From the NCBI RefSeq assembly GCF_021869535.1, contig NW_026262712.1, forward strand, positions 24,614,001 to 24,678,000: a DNA stretch of 64,000 nt, read 5' to 3'. The translations under genes were made by a program, and so were the position numbers. The notes under the pieces were generated by a model. The model did no database searches, was not told where the DNA came from, and was given only the letters and a program-made list of their open reading frames with translations. Shown piece after piece: positions 25,098 to 38,100 of this stretch. The first letter of the stretch is position 1. Each line of letters starts with the position of its first letter. Source of the stretch: Mytilus californianus (Eukaryota).

Positions 25098-26392
25098 AAA
25101 TGAGAGATGCTTTTAAGATAAAAGGTACGTATCTCACGTATTTAAGTGAAAATTTTGCAAGCATCTAGAACATGTGGAACTGCATGTGAACAATTCTAGT
25201 GTTTTATCTTAGAAAATAAGTCTCACGTCACGACTTTTTTTGCCTTCTTTAAGCGTTTTTCACGTTGGGACAACAAATTCGGTGACACATATACATGTTA
25301 TTTCAATAAAACTGAAATTTCAGTAGCAATAATATATCACTTTAAACGAAAAATCGTAAGACATCAATTCGAGATATACTGATTTTAGTCGATATTTCTA
25401 ACCTTTTTTAACGATATTTACGTGTTTCTACACATTTGTATTACTATGTTCCAGATATGTAATTAACTGTATCTCAGAGAGTATACGCAGAATATATATA
25501 TACATATACTTTTAAGTGCCCATGTGCAGTTCCGTAGGATCTAAATGCATGCACAATTTTATAAAATTTCGCGAGATAATATTTACGTACCTTTTATCTT
25601 TTTAATGTTTAGCAAAGTATACATTATTCTGTCCTTTTTGTTCTTCAAGTCACAATGATGCTATATAGAAGGATATAGAAATAGGACACATTGGTCCTTT
25701 TCCAACCGGTAGTTGAACTCTCGCCAAAGTAGCACGTCTGTTAAGATGTCTGTGATGTATAAATTCGCATCAATGTTTGGTCAGAATGGGGAGGTTAAAT
25801 TGGATGCCTCGCGTAGAGACATCGACAGATTCTATACACGTAAAATAACCCCAGCATCAACGCATTTGATGAGTTTGTAGGTGGACACAAAATTATTTCT
25901 TCCCTCTTAAATCATATCGTTAGTGGCGGCTCAAATTTCCATTCCTTCATTCCTGTTGCCCTACAATACAGATCCATCATCCCAAGTTTTGTATCAATTG
26001 TTTAGAGTGTCTCGTTCTGAATATGCTTAAATAGATCACCAATGTCAGATACGCGTGCTTTCGAACATTTAATATCTTTTACCAAGATGTCATTATAATT
26101 ATATCTAACATCCAAGTCTTCCTTTGGGTCTCGCTTTACTTCCATGTCGTTTATAGATTGATTGCTCATATAGTCACTGTTAAATCGCTAGCAAATCTCT
26201 CGGCTAAAAACTGTTGTTTGCAAATAAAAGCGTGCATTAGATGTTTTTTTGTCTACGTAAGAATTTTGTGGAAAGCATCCAAGAAAGACAAAATCATAGC
26301 CACCTCGGATGTTTTACGAGATGCTAAAAGAAATATATTTGATGAACACTAAAAACAGCTTTCTTAGACACACTGCACCTTTCAGTAAATTA
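25098..26392 (-). pseudogene. Decayed coding-like segment of unknown family, copy 2 (about 450 bp longer than copy 1)
   Basis: Collinear with 12982-13790. The extra 25637-26090 stretch reads as interrupted frames (MSNQSINDMEVKRDPKEDLDVRYNYNDILVKDIKC...; LYITDILTDVLLWREFNYRLEKDQCVLFLY). Confidence 0.45.
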
Positions 26393-26926
26393 AATATCGT
26401 TAATATTATTTAAAAACAATTGCATGAATGATCAGACGATGTTCAAATTTTGACATAGAACAAATTAGGTCTACTTGACTTAACGCTTTAAAGATAGGAC
26501 GGAGATTGATTTGGTAACCGATCTGAACACATATACTCAAACGGTTTTCATCAAGGTTTTGGAAACCAGATTGAAGTGATGGTAGCTCTGAAATATTTTT
26601 CGTATTAACTGAAATCATCGGGTTTTATTCCATTTATGAACAAAAAGAAATTCATGGTTGTTTTTTTCGCTTCCGTTAGGTTCGGGGACGAGACTTTTGA
26701 ATTAGGCAAACATGAGTTCATCGCAAGTTTTTACATATTCTGTCAATAAACGCATTATGTATCCCAGGACAAAAATGTTCTACGCCAGATGTGTGTTTTG
26801 TGCACAACAGGCTTATAGGAACCATGCAATAAAACAAGTTAAAAAGGTGTAATAAAGTACAAAGTTGAAGACAACTGAAGATCTACTATTCTAAAAGGAT
26901 TTGCCAAATCAGCGTAGATAAAACGT

Positions 26927-27225
26927 AAAATAAGAAAAATAACGAACTCCGAGAAAAATACAAAACGGAAAGTCCGTAATCAAATAGCAAAATCTAAAGC
27001 TCGAGCAATTCAAACGAACGGATGACAACTGTCATAATCCAGATTTGGTACAGGCATTTTCTTATGTAGAAAATAGTAGGTTAAACCTGGTATTATAGCT
27101 AGCTAGTTGGCCTCTCAGCTATTGCATATTTGATAATGCGTTTGAGTTTTTGATTTTGACATTTGATAAGGACTATGGTTTTTAATTTTCCTCGGATTTT
27201 GGTATTTTTTGTTATTTTACCTTTT
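26927..27225. mobile_element. Two family A tails in inverted orientation
   Basis: Minus-strand tail at 26927-27105, followed by a plus-strand tail end at 27140-27225. Confidence 0.65.
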
Positions 27226-27245
27226 CCTTAGGAAAATATCTTAAA

Positions 27246-27915
27246 AGGGGCACTACCTGTCAAATTCATGTTCACCGATATAACTCAAATTCTCATACTT
27301 GATTTATAACAATGTAAAACATTTATCCAAATTATAAAAAATCTAATAAAAAATATACAGGGCATGGGCTCGATAATATGTATCTTCATTTCATGTGTAT
27401 TTTATTCTAGACGCCATCTAATTAACTATCGAGTTGACCTCCGAAGACCTCCGATGGTCAGATAAATGATATAAACATAAATGTACAGATTTAAATAGAA
27501 AGAAAACTCGTGTAATTGGATTTTTTAGGTCTGTTTAATTTCATAGTATAGATTAAAAATATATGTTGATCATCGTTTTTACCTGAATCAGAATGATTTT
27601 TTGTGGATCGAATCAGTCAATCAAATGATTTACCTTTGTTTCACTTTCAATGTTGACATTCTTTCCTTAAAATAACTTAACTCGCACAATTCATGCGTTA
27701 TCCATCTCTAGCTAAGGGGTTAAATAAAGTTTACATGAATACGTATTCAATGAGGTCGAATTATTCACTTGCTTATCTTTTTTATACTTTTGACAACATT
27801 GATAAATACTGGCTGCTTAAATCGAATGATTATTTCACAATTTCAATTTCATTAATGAGTGAACAAAAAAAAATCATATTTTAGATTTTTTATATATCTC
27901 GTATCTAGTGCCCCT
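27246..27915 (+). mobile_element. TTAA-flanked MITE (Kolobok-like), about 670 bp
   Basis: TIRs AGGGGCACTA and TAGTGCCCCT, with TTAA at 27916-27919. An inverted second copy lies at 53359-54054. Confidence 0.85.
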
Positions 27916-30900
27916 TTAATATTTCGCAAACGTTTTTTGAAACAGTTAGTTAAGTTGTCATGACTATGGCCAGCCGTTGTCTTTACGTCATTCATAGAGC
28001 TGAGACGACAACAAGTCTTGATAAGGATCTACATAAGTCATTATTTGCTGAAATTATTCCACGTACCTTAAAAAGGAATAGCTCTCATCTTAATTGTTAA
28101 GCAGCACTATTTCAATTCGGTCTATGCCCATCTAAGATATTGTGATAAAAGGCATAACATACAAAATAGCACATGAAAGGACAAATATAAATCGATGAAC
28201 GGTAAAGGAAAAAAATAATAAGAGTTTTTTTCTAGAAGAAAAATCATACAATGACAATACAAATTGACATATGTCATATATTCTGGAGGATAATACTCTT
28301 GAAATATGAAATACCAGTTATTAAATGAAGTTATATTTACTAATTATGAGCTTTTGGCTTGTCAAAATACTCGCGTTTTTTTAACAGTAAACTACAGTTC
28401 GAGTTAAAAAATGAATTGTCATAATTTGCATTGACCACTTAACAGACATAAAATGTTTTTGATACATTTTCGTATATAAAATGTGTACAAACATAAGCTT
28501 TGTTTTATAATTAATTATATATTTTTTAAAGCATGCGATAAAAAGCATACAATACAAATAAGCACATGAAAGGAACTTGATTATACATAAAATACAGCAT
28601 CGTCAAATTCATAACAGGCAAACTGTATCCTGCTCATACATAAGCACACATTATTTCATAGAGGAAAAAAAACAAACAATACGTATTTTCCTTTCATCTA
28701 ATTATTGACAATGGAGATATACTTGATATAAAGCATGCAAATAAATATTGAGTAACAACATTCATGACATTGGAATTATAAAAACAATAAATTAATATTT
28801 TAATTATGAATATGCAATGCATTTAAACAAATGTCAGGTCAAATGTCCAAAATTGTTATACAATGTGAAGGATTCAGAAATGATTTGAAAAAAATGTCAA
28901 ATGCATGAAATTATAGAATATACACTGATATATGTGTACTTCTGTGAGAATTGCACACGTTATTTATATAATGAAATATGCTTTTAATAAATAGAAATTC
29001 AAAGTAACAAAACTCCCATATTTGATGCTTAATAAATCCTAATTTGAAATTATTTATTGTGATTTGGTGGATCTTCATTATATATGATCATCACTGATTT
29101 CTATTAATTCGAACGACTTGAACATTTCAATGTATTGTACATAATGTCATGGAATAGAGATTTGTTCTACAAAAATTTGTTTATGATTTTACTAATTTAT
29201 GACCCAGAGTTTATTGCCTTGTTGGTACATGCAAATTGTAATTGACTTCAATGAGGCAACTGTAATATACTGCTTTTTGGTCAAGTATTTGTTTATAACC
29301 ATTGTTTTTTTCTGATATTAAACTAGTTCTATAACCTGAAATGTTTAATATACAAGGCCTTCAATCGGCGGTGTGCTTTAAATACAAACAAAAGAAAACT
29401 TCTACATTGGAAGAAACATGATTAAGTCAGAAGAAACACCCAACACATTCCTCGTTTTCCTCATAACATTTGGTGTAATATTCCCATCCGATTGTAATAA
29501 CAGTTGGGAAATCTGCAAGAGGGTCCATTCTAAATGACACAAGTTCACATGTAAAATGAAATGTTCAGGAAGAATATATTAACTACTTTAACATTTTTGT
29601 TTAGTAAACATGAAAGTATGTATTTTTTTTTTCAACCTAAAAGTTGTACAATTTTAACGTTCCACATAACATGTTCGTAAAATTAATAATAGTCCTTGCA
29701 ATACTCTTTTCGATTGTTCTTTAAAAGTATATCTCAAATGTCGTATATACTGTATCATATTATTTTTAATAAATGTTTCCCAATTGTTTATTTTAAAAAA
29801 GAATTGAAATAAACCACCGACAACTGTAATAGAAAAACAAAGGATATTGGGTATCCGTCAATGACACATTATAATTACATGAGCTATAGTTCCTTTTAAT
29901 AATCAAAGTAATTTTGGTTCTGGTTGGTATAATTTCGTTTGCAACCATTCAATTTTTTTTTATATATCTCTTTCAATTATTTTAAAGGGGATTTTACCTC
30001 TTATCCTGATCATGGTAATTAAAAACTGCACAAGTGTTTAGTTGTGAACACAACATAGCACAGCGTAATTTCGTAGAAGAGACAAAACCCAGGCTCAAGA
30101 GTACAGCTCTTTTATTATGATCTTGACAATTGTTGAAATGCCCAGTGAAGTTATCTTGAACTAAAATATGTAATAGCCAATTAGTTCAACAACTGTTAAT
30201 ACATTATTGTAGCTATGCAGTGAGGTAATTATTCAAATGCTGTGCATATAATTTAAGAGAATAACAATCAGTACGGATTGAGGAAAGAATGCTATAAAAT
30301 ACTACATGTATTATAAGGACATTAAATAAAATTTCATATAATTAGGACTCGTCTTTGAACTTGATCGAAGCAATATTTAACCAGCTAGGTCGCAAGTTTA
30401 CTATTGAAAGGCGGATATGTCTTTTTTCTTGAGACATTACTCTGAATCCGAACTGATCAAACTCTACTCCTACTCTTTTGCGAAGAATCAGCAAATAACA
30501 ATGTTTATCTTAGGTCTACAACACAATGTTGTAACAGCCTGAAAGTAAACGCGTCAATTATGGTAACAATTAATAAACAAATTGATATTGATGGAAGTAC
30601 GAAATAATCACTAAGATGTTCATTTGTTTGGGGTAGACAAATGAAAAATTACTGGTTAGCATAAGTAAAGCATATTGTTTACAAAGGGTAATTTGAATTA
30701 AAAAAAGCTAATGTAAGCTTGAGGTTAACAAATTTATCGGATTGTCTGCATCACTCCACTCAGACCTTCATTAGATTACATATTAGGAGGACTTTGCGAC
30801 GTCAAGTGCGTCGACCAAGTATTGATAACATTGACGCGAATTATACTCCGACGTCATCATATTTTAGCCGATTTCCGAATGTTTAAATAGTCATTAATAA

Positions 30901-31320
30901 GTTTAAATTGAATTTTCCAAGCCTCTTCTGGTATACTTGTAAAATAAGGAAATACTCTTTAGCGCGTTTTTCAAAACCACACAAATACAATCCGATAAAT
31001 CGACATCCGGATTTTTATCATAATAATGTAAATAGAAAGCCTTCTGAAAGATGTTCGTTATGCTCACTTGACCAAAAAAATGCATATTCTGACTCGTAGC
31101 TAAAATTTTACAGTATCTGATAATCGGTACATAGTATATTTACATTTTTTACCTGTTTTTTAAACGTTGTACGTGTACGTAAATACTTCAAATACGACTG
31201 TTAAATACAGGTAGTATCCTTTCATTTTTTTTCGATGAATCATGTTTACATTTCAACATTGTCGAACGTAGTTGAAAGTGTCATGTATATCTCACCAAGG
31301 ATAAGAGGCTTATAATTGTG

Positions 31321-31365
31321 TACGCCAGCTGCAATTTGCCTACATAAGACTCATAAGCGAAACTC
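31321..31365 (-). repeat. Degenerate copy of the hammerhead repeat at 9285
   Basis: tacgccag...tacataagactcataagcgaaactcgaat aligns with 9285-9334, but the core is mutated. Confidence 0.5.
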
Positions 31366-32498
31366 GAATGAAAACATTTGGATTTCAAATACAATAATAC
31401 AATAACGAAGTTGAAATGTATTGAACACCAAAACTTTAAAAGAAAAGTTTTTCAAATGTGGTCATTCTGTCTTACTTTTCGAATGATATTAGGAAGGATA
31501 ATTTTGGTTTTCATTGCACGAAAACTTGAAGTGACTGCAATTGCAGATATTCAAATACTTTTATCTGATTCTTCTTATGTTGTACAGGGTTATGACGCGA
31601 CGTTGCATAATTTAAAAATAAAATTAAAAAAATCTACAAACACTGAATATATGTATATATCTAAATATTGACACAGCACTACTGATGAAAAAAACATTGT
31701 ATTTAAATTGATACAGATACGGTAATATAAACGTATTGACACATATTTCGGCTAAACAAATGAGATATTTTGTGGTCATCTGTTTCCAAGTACAATGATA
31801 CAGTTTGAAAGTTATTGGCGTTATATTGCAAAATGGATATTTATCAACTGATCCGTGATCATTAATGTCATAGAACAAAAAATGTCAACACTGAATGCGT
31901 AGGTGTTAATTTATGCAACTCAAACTGGCAAAGTATAATAGTCCGTGCGAAAATTTATTCAAAATGGATTATTGTTTTGTCTTTAAGATTTCACTGGTAA
32001 GTCGAGATTGAACTGAAACGGTCAGTTTTATACGAAAAAGTACTGAACAATGTAACAATAATATATATTCAGGCAAATGTCAATTTTCAGATATATTCAC
32101 TGTGTAACGTATAGTAGTTTCGGACTAGTCGCTTGCGGTAAGATAAGTTCTTCTTATTCAATTTTCAGCTGTCCAGTCATTAAATTCGTTTTTTACATTA
32201 TCTATGTACTGAATTTGTGATCAACTACTGAACAAAAGTGGATTTACTGCAAGATATATATCTAAAAATACTAAATTTGCAAACAGGTCACAGCTTAAAA
32301 AAATCTCTCAACAAGACAAAACGTTTAAAAGGGTTTTTTTTTTATAAAAAAGGGGTGTTCACACTAACATTCATTTACCCTGTTTACTTATGTTAAAGAA
32401 CATATTTGTATACATATACATTTTTTGATCTCTTATGTTAATAATGATTTGAAATAAAAGGTTTCTTTGTAAATTAACGTTTTATGAAGCATTCTTAC

Positions 32499-33002
32499 CG
32501 GGTATGAACAGCTTCAAGTGCCCAACTATATCATCTAATGTGGTAACTCCGAAACATTTCACCATAAACGGATCTATCCAGCTTGCTGTTACAGATTCGT
32601 TGACAACATTTCCCGAACCAATCATTATGTTTCCTGCCTCCCAAGTAATCCAGAAAGGTCTATAATTATTGCAGTTGACAATGTTTGGAGTATTAAATAT
32701 TTGGGTAACAATTGAACTCGGCTGCAATGATGTGTCATTCCTGCGTCTGATCAGTAGACCCAAATTTTGATGTGAACCGATTGTTATTTCATAGAGGGGT
32801 TTTGCTGAATCCAGTGTGTCAGAACTTGAAAGGTACAACACCACCTGATTGCATGCTTTCACCTCAAAGATAAAGGATCTTGATAAAACACTGTTCATAC
32901 CGTAAGGCCGAAGGTCAACCATGTAGTCTAGGATGTTTGCTTCAGACGAACTGCTTTGGACGCTTACATTTTCTGTTAAGATTTCGTATTTAACAGATAA
33001 TG
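32499..33002 (-). CDS. Internal exon encoding a Methyltransf_FA (FAMeT-like) domain, divergent paralog B
   Basis: 504-nt open phase-1/1 exon (ttttcag|CA...CCCG|gtaaga). Motifs: FEVKACNQVVLYLS, PLYEITIG, VNCNNYRPFWITWEAGNIMIGSG, SWIDPF. Confidence 0.85.
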
Positions 33003-34289
33003 CTGAAAAAAAAGACTATATATTAAAATTTAAAAAAAGTCAATTTTGTTTAAAGTAAAATAATTTCTAATAAAATAAACCAGTTAAAAACTCGTTCACA
33101 TGTCTGATGTCGAAACATACTTTTATGTTTGATATAGATTTCTGAAAATTTAGGCGTATAAGAATGTGAAAATGAACATGAACCAAATTTTGAAAAAAAA
33201 ACTGAAGTCTAAGAAAAAAAAAAAAAAAAACGAAATCTTAATTATAAAAAAAATAAAAATTGCAATCTTAGTAATAAATCACATGCATTTAAACCTGTGA
33301 CTTAAACGAAAATATAAGAAATATATAAATATACATTTGCATATGAAAAGATGTATATTATATATTACTTTTTTCTAACTTCATAAAAGTTTTATTTAAG
33401 TTTCGGATTATCTAACAGAGTGTTTGTTGTATATCGCTTTGGACGCAAAAAAATTATAACGTGTTTTTTCACTTTGTATACATATTTTTCCGAAGTCAAA
33501 CTGGCATTATTAGCTGAGCAGCTATCCAGGTGATGAAATAAATAACTAATATAATTTTGTTTGCAGTTTGTTCTACATTTCGTACAAGCAAAGTGCTGTG
33601 TAAACTTAACTGACTTAAGATTTTGAGTTTGATTTATGATAGAACTGTTTATGTGGTCAGATTTTTTTCAACGGCCAATATTATAAAAAATGTTCAGAAC
33701 TAAGCCACACCAATAATTTATTCTATCTACCGAGTTTCATTTAACCATCAGGCTTTAAGTTCTTGATTCTATATTTTTTCTACTTTTATTCTCAACGCGG
33801 TTTCAAACTCAGCGATAATTTCTGTAACTTGAAAAGTGACGTATTCAAATGAATTTTCTTTGACAAAAGATATCTTGAAAAGAACAGCTTGTTATAGCTT
33901 TGTTCAAAGCTCCAGGATTGTTAAGCCGAATTTTAAATTGGTTCCGCATTAAATTCCACAGTTCAAACATGAATTGTTTATACAAAAATTTCCCCTTCCT
34001 CCAGCAATAAAGACTTGTGTAGCCAAGATGGCCTAAAAAGCCGTTGGATATCAACAATCATCAATCAATCAATTCAAAATAATTATCTGTGTTGATGTCT
34101 TGACTTTTAACACTAATCTTTGCTTCGAAAGAGTCCCTATGAAAACATTTTTATAAACCATGTATTACATGTATTAAATAGAGTAGTTTTATAGTTGTAA
34201 TGAATTTTAATTTTGTAAAAAAGAGAAGAAAGATACTCAAGGGACATTCATTCTCATAAGTCGTAAACAATCTGACAATGCCATGTAAA

Positions 34290-34490
34290 GCGACAAGAAT
34301 TGTAACAATTCCTCAAAGATATCAGGTTTATAACTTTAATCGTCAGTCGCGCATTCCGCCAATTCAAGTTGTTGTGACCTCACCTTCATGGATAACTATG
34401 ACTAATAACTACCTTTACGCACAATTTGAACCTGATACGGGACGGACGGATGCATAGAATCAAACACACAATGACTCTAGTTGGGAGTTG
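34290..34490. repeat. Short interspersed repeat fragment with a GGAC microsatellite (possibly HINE/Helentron-associated)
   Basis: Contains gtgacctcacct and gggacggacggatg motifs; no termini were resolved. Confidence 0.35.
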
Positions 34491-36289
34491 GGAGAAAGGG
34501 ACACGTAGAAATATAGACCTATTCAAGTACACCTTTTATAGTGCTCGCGACATTAATGACTCTAGAGGTACGATTTTTGTAGTATGGCGCCGCAGGATTA
34601 TTAAAGAAAGAAGACGATGTTAAATCATCGCGTAATATATACTGTTGTTTTTTTTAATCTTATCAAACAGAATAAAGTTTGTTATTTCATTACATTGTAA
34701 ACAAAAACAATGATAATAACTTATTTTTCTGCAATTCATTTAAAACAGTTTATTCTGAAAAGAAAAAGATAAAACTGCAAGATACACTTACTGGCACTGT
34801 GATGACAGGATCATACCAGTACATTTCCACTGAATCAATGTTTATGGCCTAACTCAGACGATTTCCGTTTGATTCCATTTGAGATGTAAATCAAAATACA
34901 ATATAATCGTTTGATCTTTCATTTTACCGAATGTGTCTTCCCGATTGTGCCATTTTTACTGAGTGTGAATTCGCATGCCGGGTGTTGCATGCGTAGCAGG
35001 AGACGCTTACACTGTTGACTCACACTGTCTTGCTCCGTTTGTAGTTCATGCGATTCCCTTAGTTTAGGTTTGTTACTATTATGTGTCTCTTCCGTCATGT
35101 CCGTATCGATTTACGAGATTTTAACATCTGTAAATAATTGTCGGCTTAATTTTATTTTTTTTTCATTTTGGTACTATCATTGGTTCTGTTAATGAATTAA
35201 TTAAAACAAATTAATCCGTTTTGCTATACAGTTATGCACCCTTAGAGTCCTACATCCTGTCTATACCACCATTTCGACATTTCATAAGTGTTTTGTGTTT
35301 GTATTGTATATCATAGAACTAGAAATTAATATATCAGTAATTGTTTTACTTTAAATTGTTTTACATATACCAAGTACATATCGTGTCTCGATACATTGGG
35401 TATTAAAATAAACGGAAAGATTAACTGTAATGCTGAATCTACTAATACGATGTAGCCTAGTACAAAGTTGACTAGAGGCGTTTGATGCGATATAGTGGAG
35501 CGGTGACGGGGACAATTTAGTAAGTTAAATAACCTAAACACATCATGGCATCCTAAATCTCATTGGAAAGCTTAAATCATGTACTTTATGAATTATGTGT
35601 TGTTAATATAAAAACTGGTGGCACCATGCCTTAAATAAAGGTAAAAGGTCATCACTAAAAAAAAATCCATTTTTATCTAGTGTAACAAAGCACTGTTTTT
35701 CAAAAATGATAATGGATTCAATGAAAAATAATAGTAATATTCTCTATTCGTATTTGCATATTACGTCAGAATAAAGTATCATTTACATTTTTCGAAGGTA
35801 ACACGTTTCATGGAATTGCAAAGCCTAATAGATAATTGCAATATAATTCTATTGACCTTTGACCTCGATGAACAGCATTTCTGTACATTATAAACATGTA
35901 CATTTTAGAATAATATATGCAAAATGTGCAATAGGCAGTAAAAGATTATTCAAAATACATTGATGATAAATGCAATTACATTTGCAGTTAAGTTACGTCT
36001 AGGTTTTGCAGGACTCGACATGTCACTGGGTTTTCTGGAAATAAATTCCCACTAATAGTATCAATACACGATGATTTCTCAGATGATATCAGTAGTGTGA
36101 GTTATTGAAGTTTAAACTACTATTAATGTTCATTCGACTTTACTGAATGCAAGCGAATTTTATGACCAATTCATCCGTTTTCATACGAAATGACACGTCA
36201 AAAAAAAAAATATACAGCAAGTTAAAATTCACATACGAGATGAACTAGCTATATCGCAATGTAGTTTGAAAATAATTCCAATAAATAAT

Positions 36290-38100
36290 GTTCATGATAT
36301 CTGTGAAATCAGCTATGTTAGCTGATGCGACCTTGACCATAGTTGCAAATATCTACGTTTTGACAAAACAAAAACAAATCCGTATAAGAATTACCATCTT
36401 TCTTGCAAACCCATGTTCTGATATGCCCTGTTCCCTTTACACTAACATATATTAAGGTCTTGTTAAAAGTCTGATGATTTGTTTTCCTTCAATGAACACT
36501 GGTTCTTACTTGTCACTTTGCTCAATTTTCCAATCAATGTCACATGGTGTGCCAATATTTGGGTTGGCAACATCTGCAGATACCAATAATTTGCTTTGCT
36601 ATTTTTCGCGTATACGGTGTTGCTTAAGCACAAACTAACATGGCGGAAGCTTTATACGATTTGTACCTTTATGTATAGCCAACAGTTGTCTGATCAAATC
36701 TAAATTGTTGTGCGATTTCTTAAACTTGTACTTTGAGTCGTACAACGTAGTAATAAACACCCTAGCAGTATCTTTATCAATATCAGCATTACGGTGTGTC
36801 AATTCTATAGGATAACTGAAGCGACTTGGTTTCGTATGTTGAATACCGACTTTTTTTCGATTCCATTTTTTTTTAAACTAATCACATCTAATGAAGACAT
36901 GAACGCCCGTCAGAGTTACCGTGACATCTTGGTCAAGAGAACGGCGTGAACCTGGATAAAGTATATGTTATCTCTCAAGCTACTAATTAAACCAGTCTGA
37001 ACCAATCATTTCTTTTTTTTTTATTTTTACGCATCAGGTAGAAATGTACAGCTAAAAGAAGAGCATCAGTATTATCTTATTTGTTAACAATTCTACCATT
37101 GACGCCATTTCCACATGACAAACCATCAGCGTGAAAAGCATGAACAATCATTGTAGTATCTGCCTCATTGTGACAACCACTAGTAAATAAATTTTGGTCT
37201 GAAAATTGGATTAATGAATTATTGAGTCATGTTCAGAATAATTGACTGCGCTAACTTCAGTACTGTTCAGAAGATTTTTAAACAACTCAGTAAATTGTTG
37301 ATCTGTACAGGTAAATAGCAGCGACTGAACAGTCTTAACATATACTGATCAGATCTTAATTGACTAAAAGCGAATGGTCTGAACAGTACAAAATTTACTG
37401 CACTAGATAATTCTAAAATTTACTGAAAAACTGAAAATGTCGTAATCATTCATTGTTCAGTCTTTTAAAAGCTGTTAAGATCAAAACGACCGTGTCAGAC
37501 CATTTGTTTTACTAGTGAACGTAGAGTCAAACAGCTGATAACACATTTTCAGCATTTGGGCAATTTCCGATTCTGCTTTAAATTGATGTTCTTTGCGGCT
37601 TATAAGAAGTCGCTAGTAAAAATGTTGCTTCGAAATGAAATGTTCTATTTACCTTGTCTTTGTTGAGCAAAGAACACTATGGCATCCTTGTAGTGTTTCT
37701 TTGGTATTAATCCCGAGTTAAGAGGAATAACAGTAGGTCTTATCGATGTTAATTAGTGAGAAGGATTTTTTGTCACGAATACTATCTTTGTCTATAATTT
37801 CAACTAACCTTTCCAACGCCAAATCATACGCATATTTATCAGTTTTCTTGCAAAGTGTACCCGATGTCTCGAGAGGGTCAACATTATTTTAACCAACAAA
37901 GAATTGGTTACATCTTGTTCATATCTGGTGCTCCTTTTTAAAACAAAGAATATGCTACTGATTTCAAATCAAATTATGTTTACTTGTGTATGGTGAAATC
38001 AGTTTCTGCCTTATTACAGAACTCATTCGAGTAATGTAAATATATCATCAAGTTTCATTGCTGTAGCATTTATCATACTTTTCCTTCCAAATTCTGTTGC
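36290..38100 (-). mobile_element. Heavily decayed transposase-like ORF (HxEADT...DxD...GCD-like core plus C-terminal Cys-rich remnant)
   Basis: Minus-strand remnants CHNEADTTMIVHAFHA (HNEADT at 37155-37172), DNTDALLLAVHF, H...RCD, GIEKKSVF, LPPC (36638-36649)...DWKIE and CKKDG...TDL..C.N, in the expected order. Confidence 0.6.

Noticed and set aside
32040-32246. PAN-like exon for paralog B with TGA at a Cys-equivalent position (possible selenocysteine)
   Set aside because: Only a weak FSS*SQ versus FDSCSM match. There are several further stops including TAG, no C-x3-C-x5-C motif and no SECIS identified.
34788-34880. First exon of paralog B (GTAAGT donor)
   Set aside because: The phase-1 frame contains two TGA stops and no hydrophobic core.
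35653-35670. CACTA terminus for the 36-38 kb transposase-like relic
   Set aside because: No matching TAGTG end or TSD was found on the other side.
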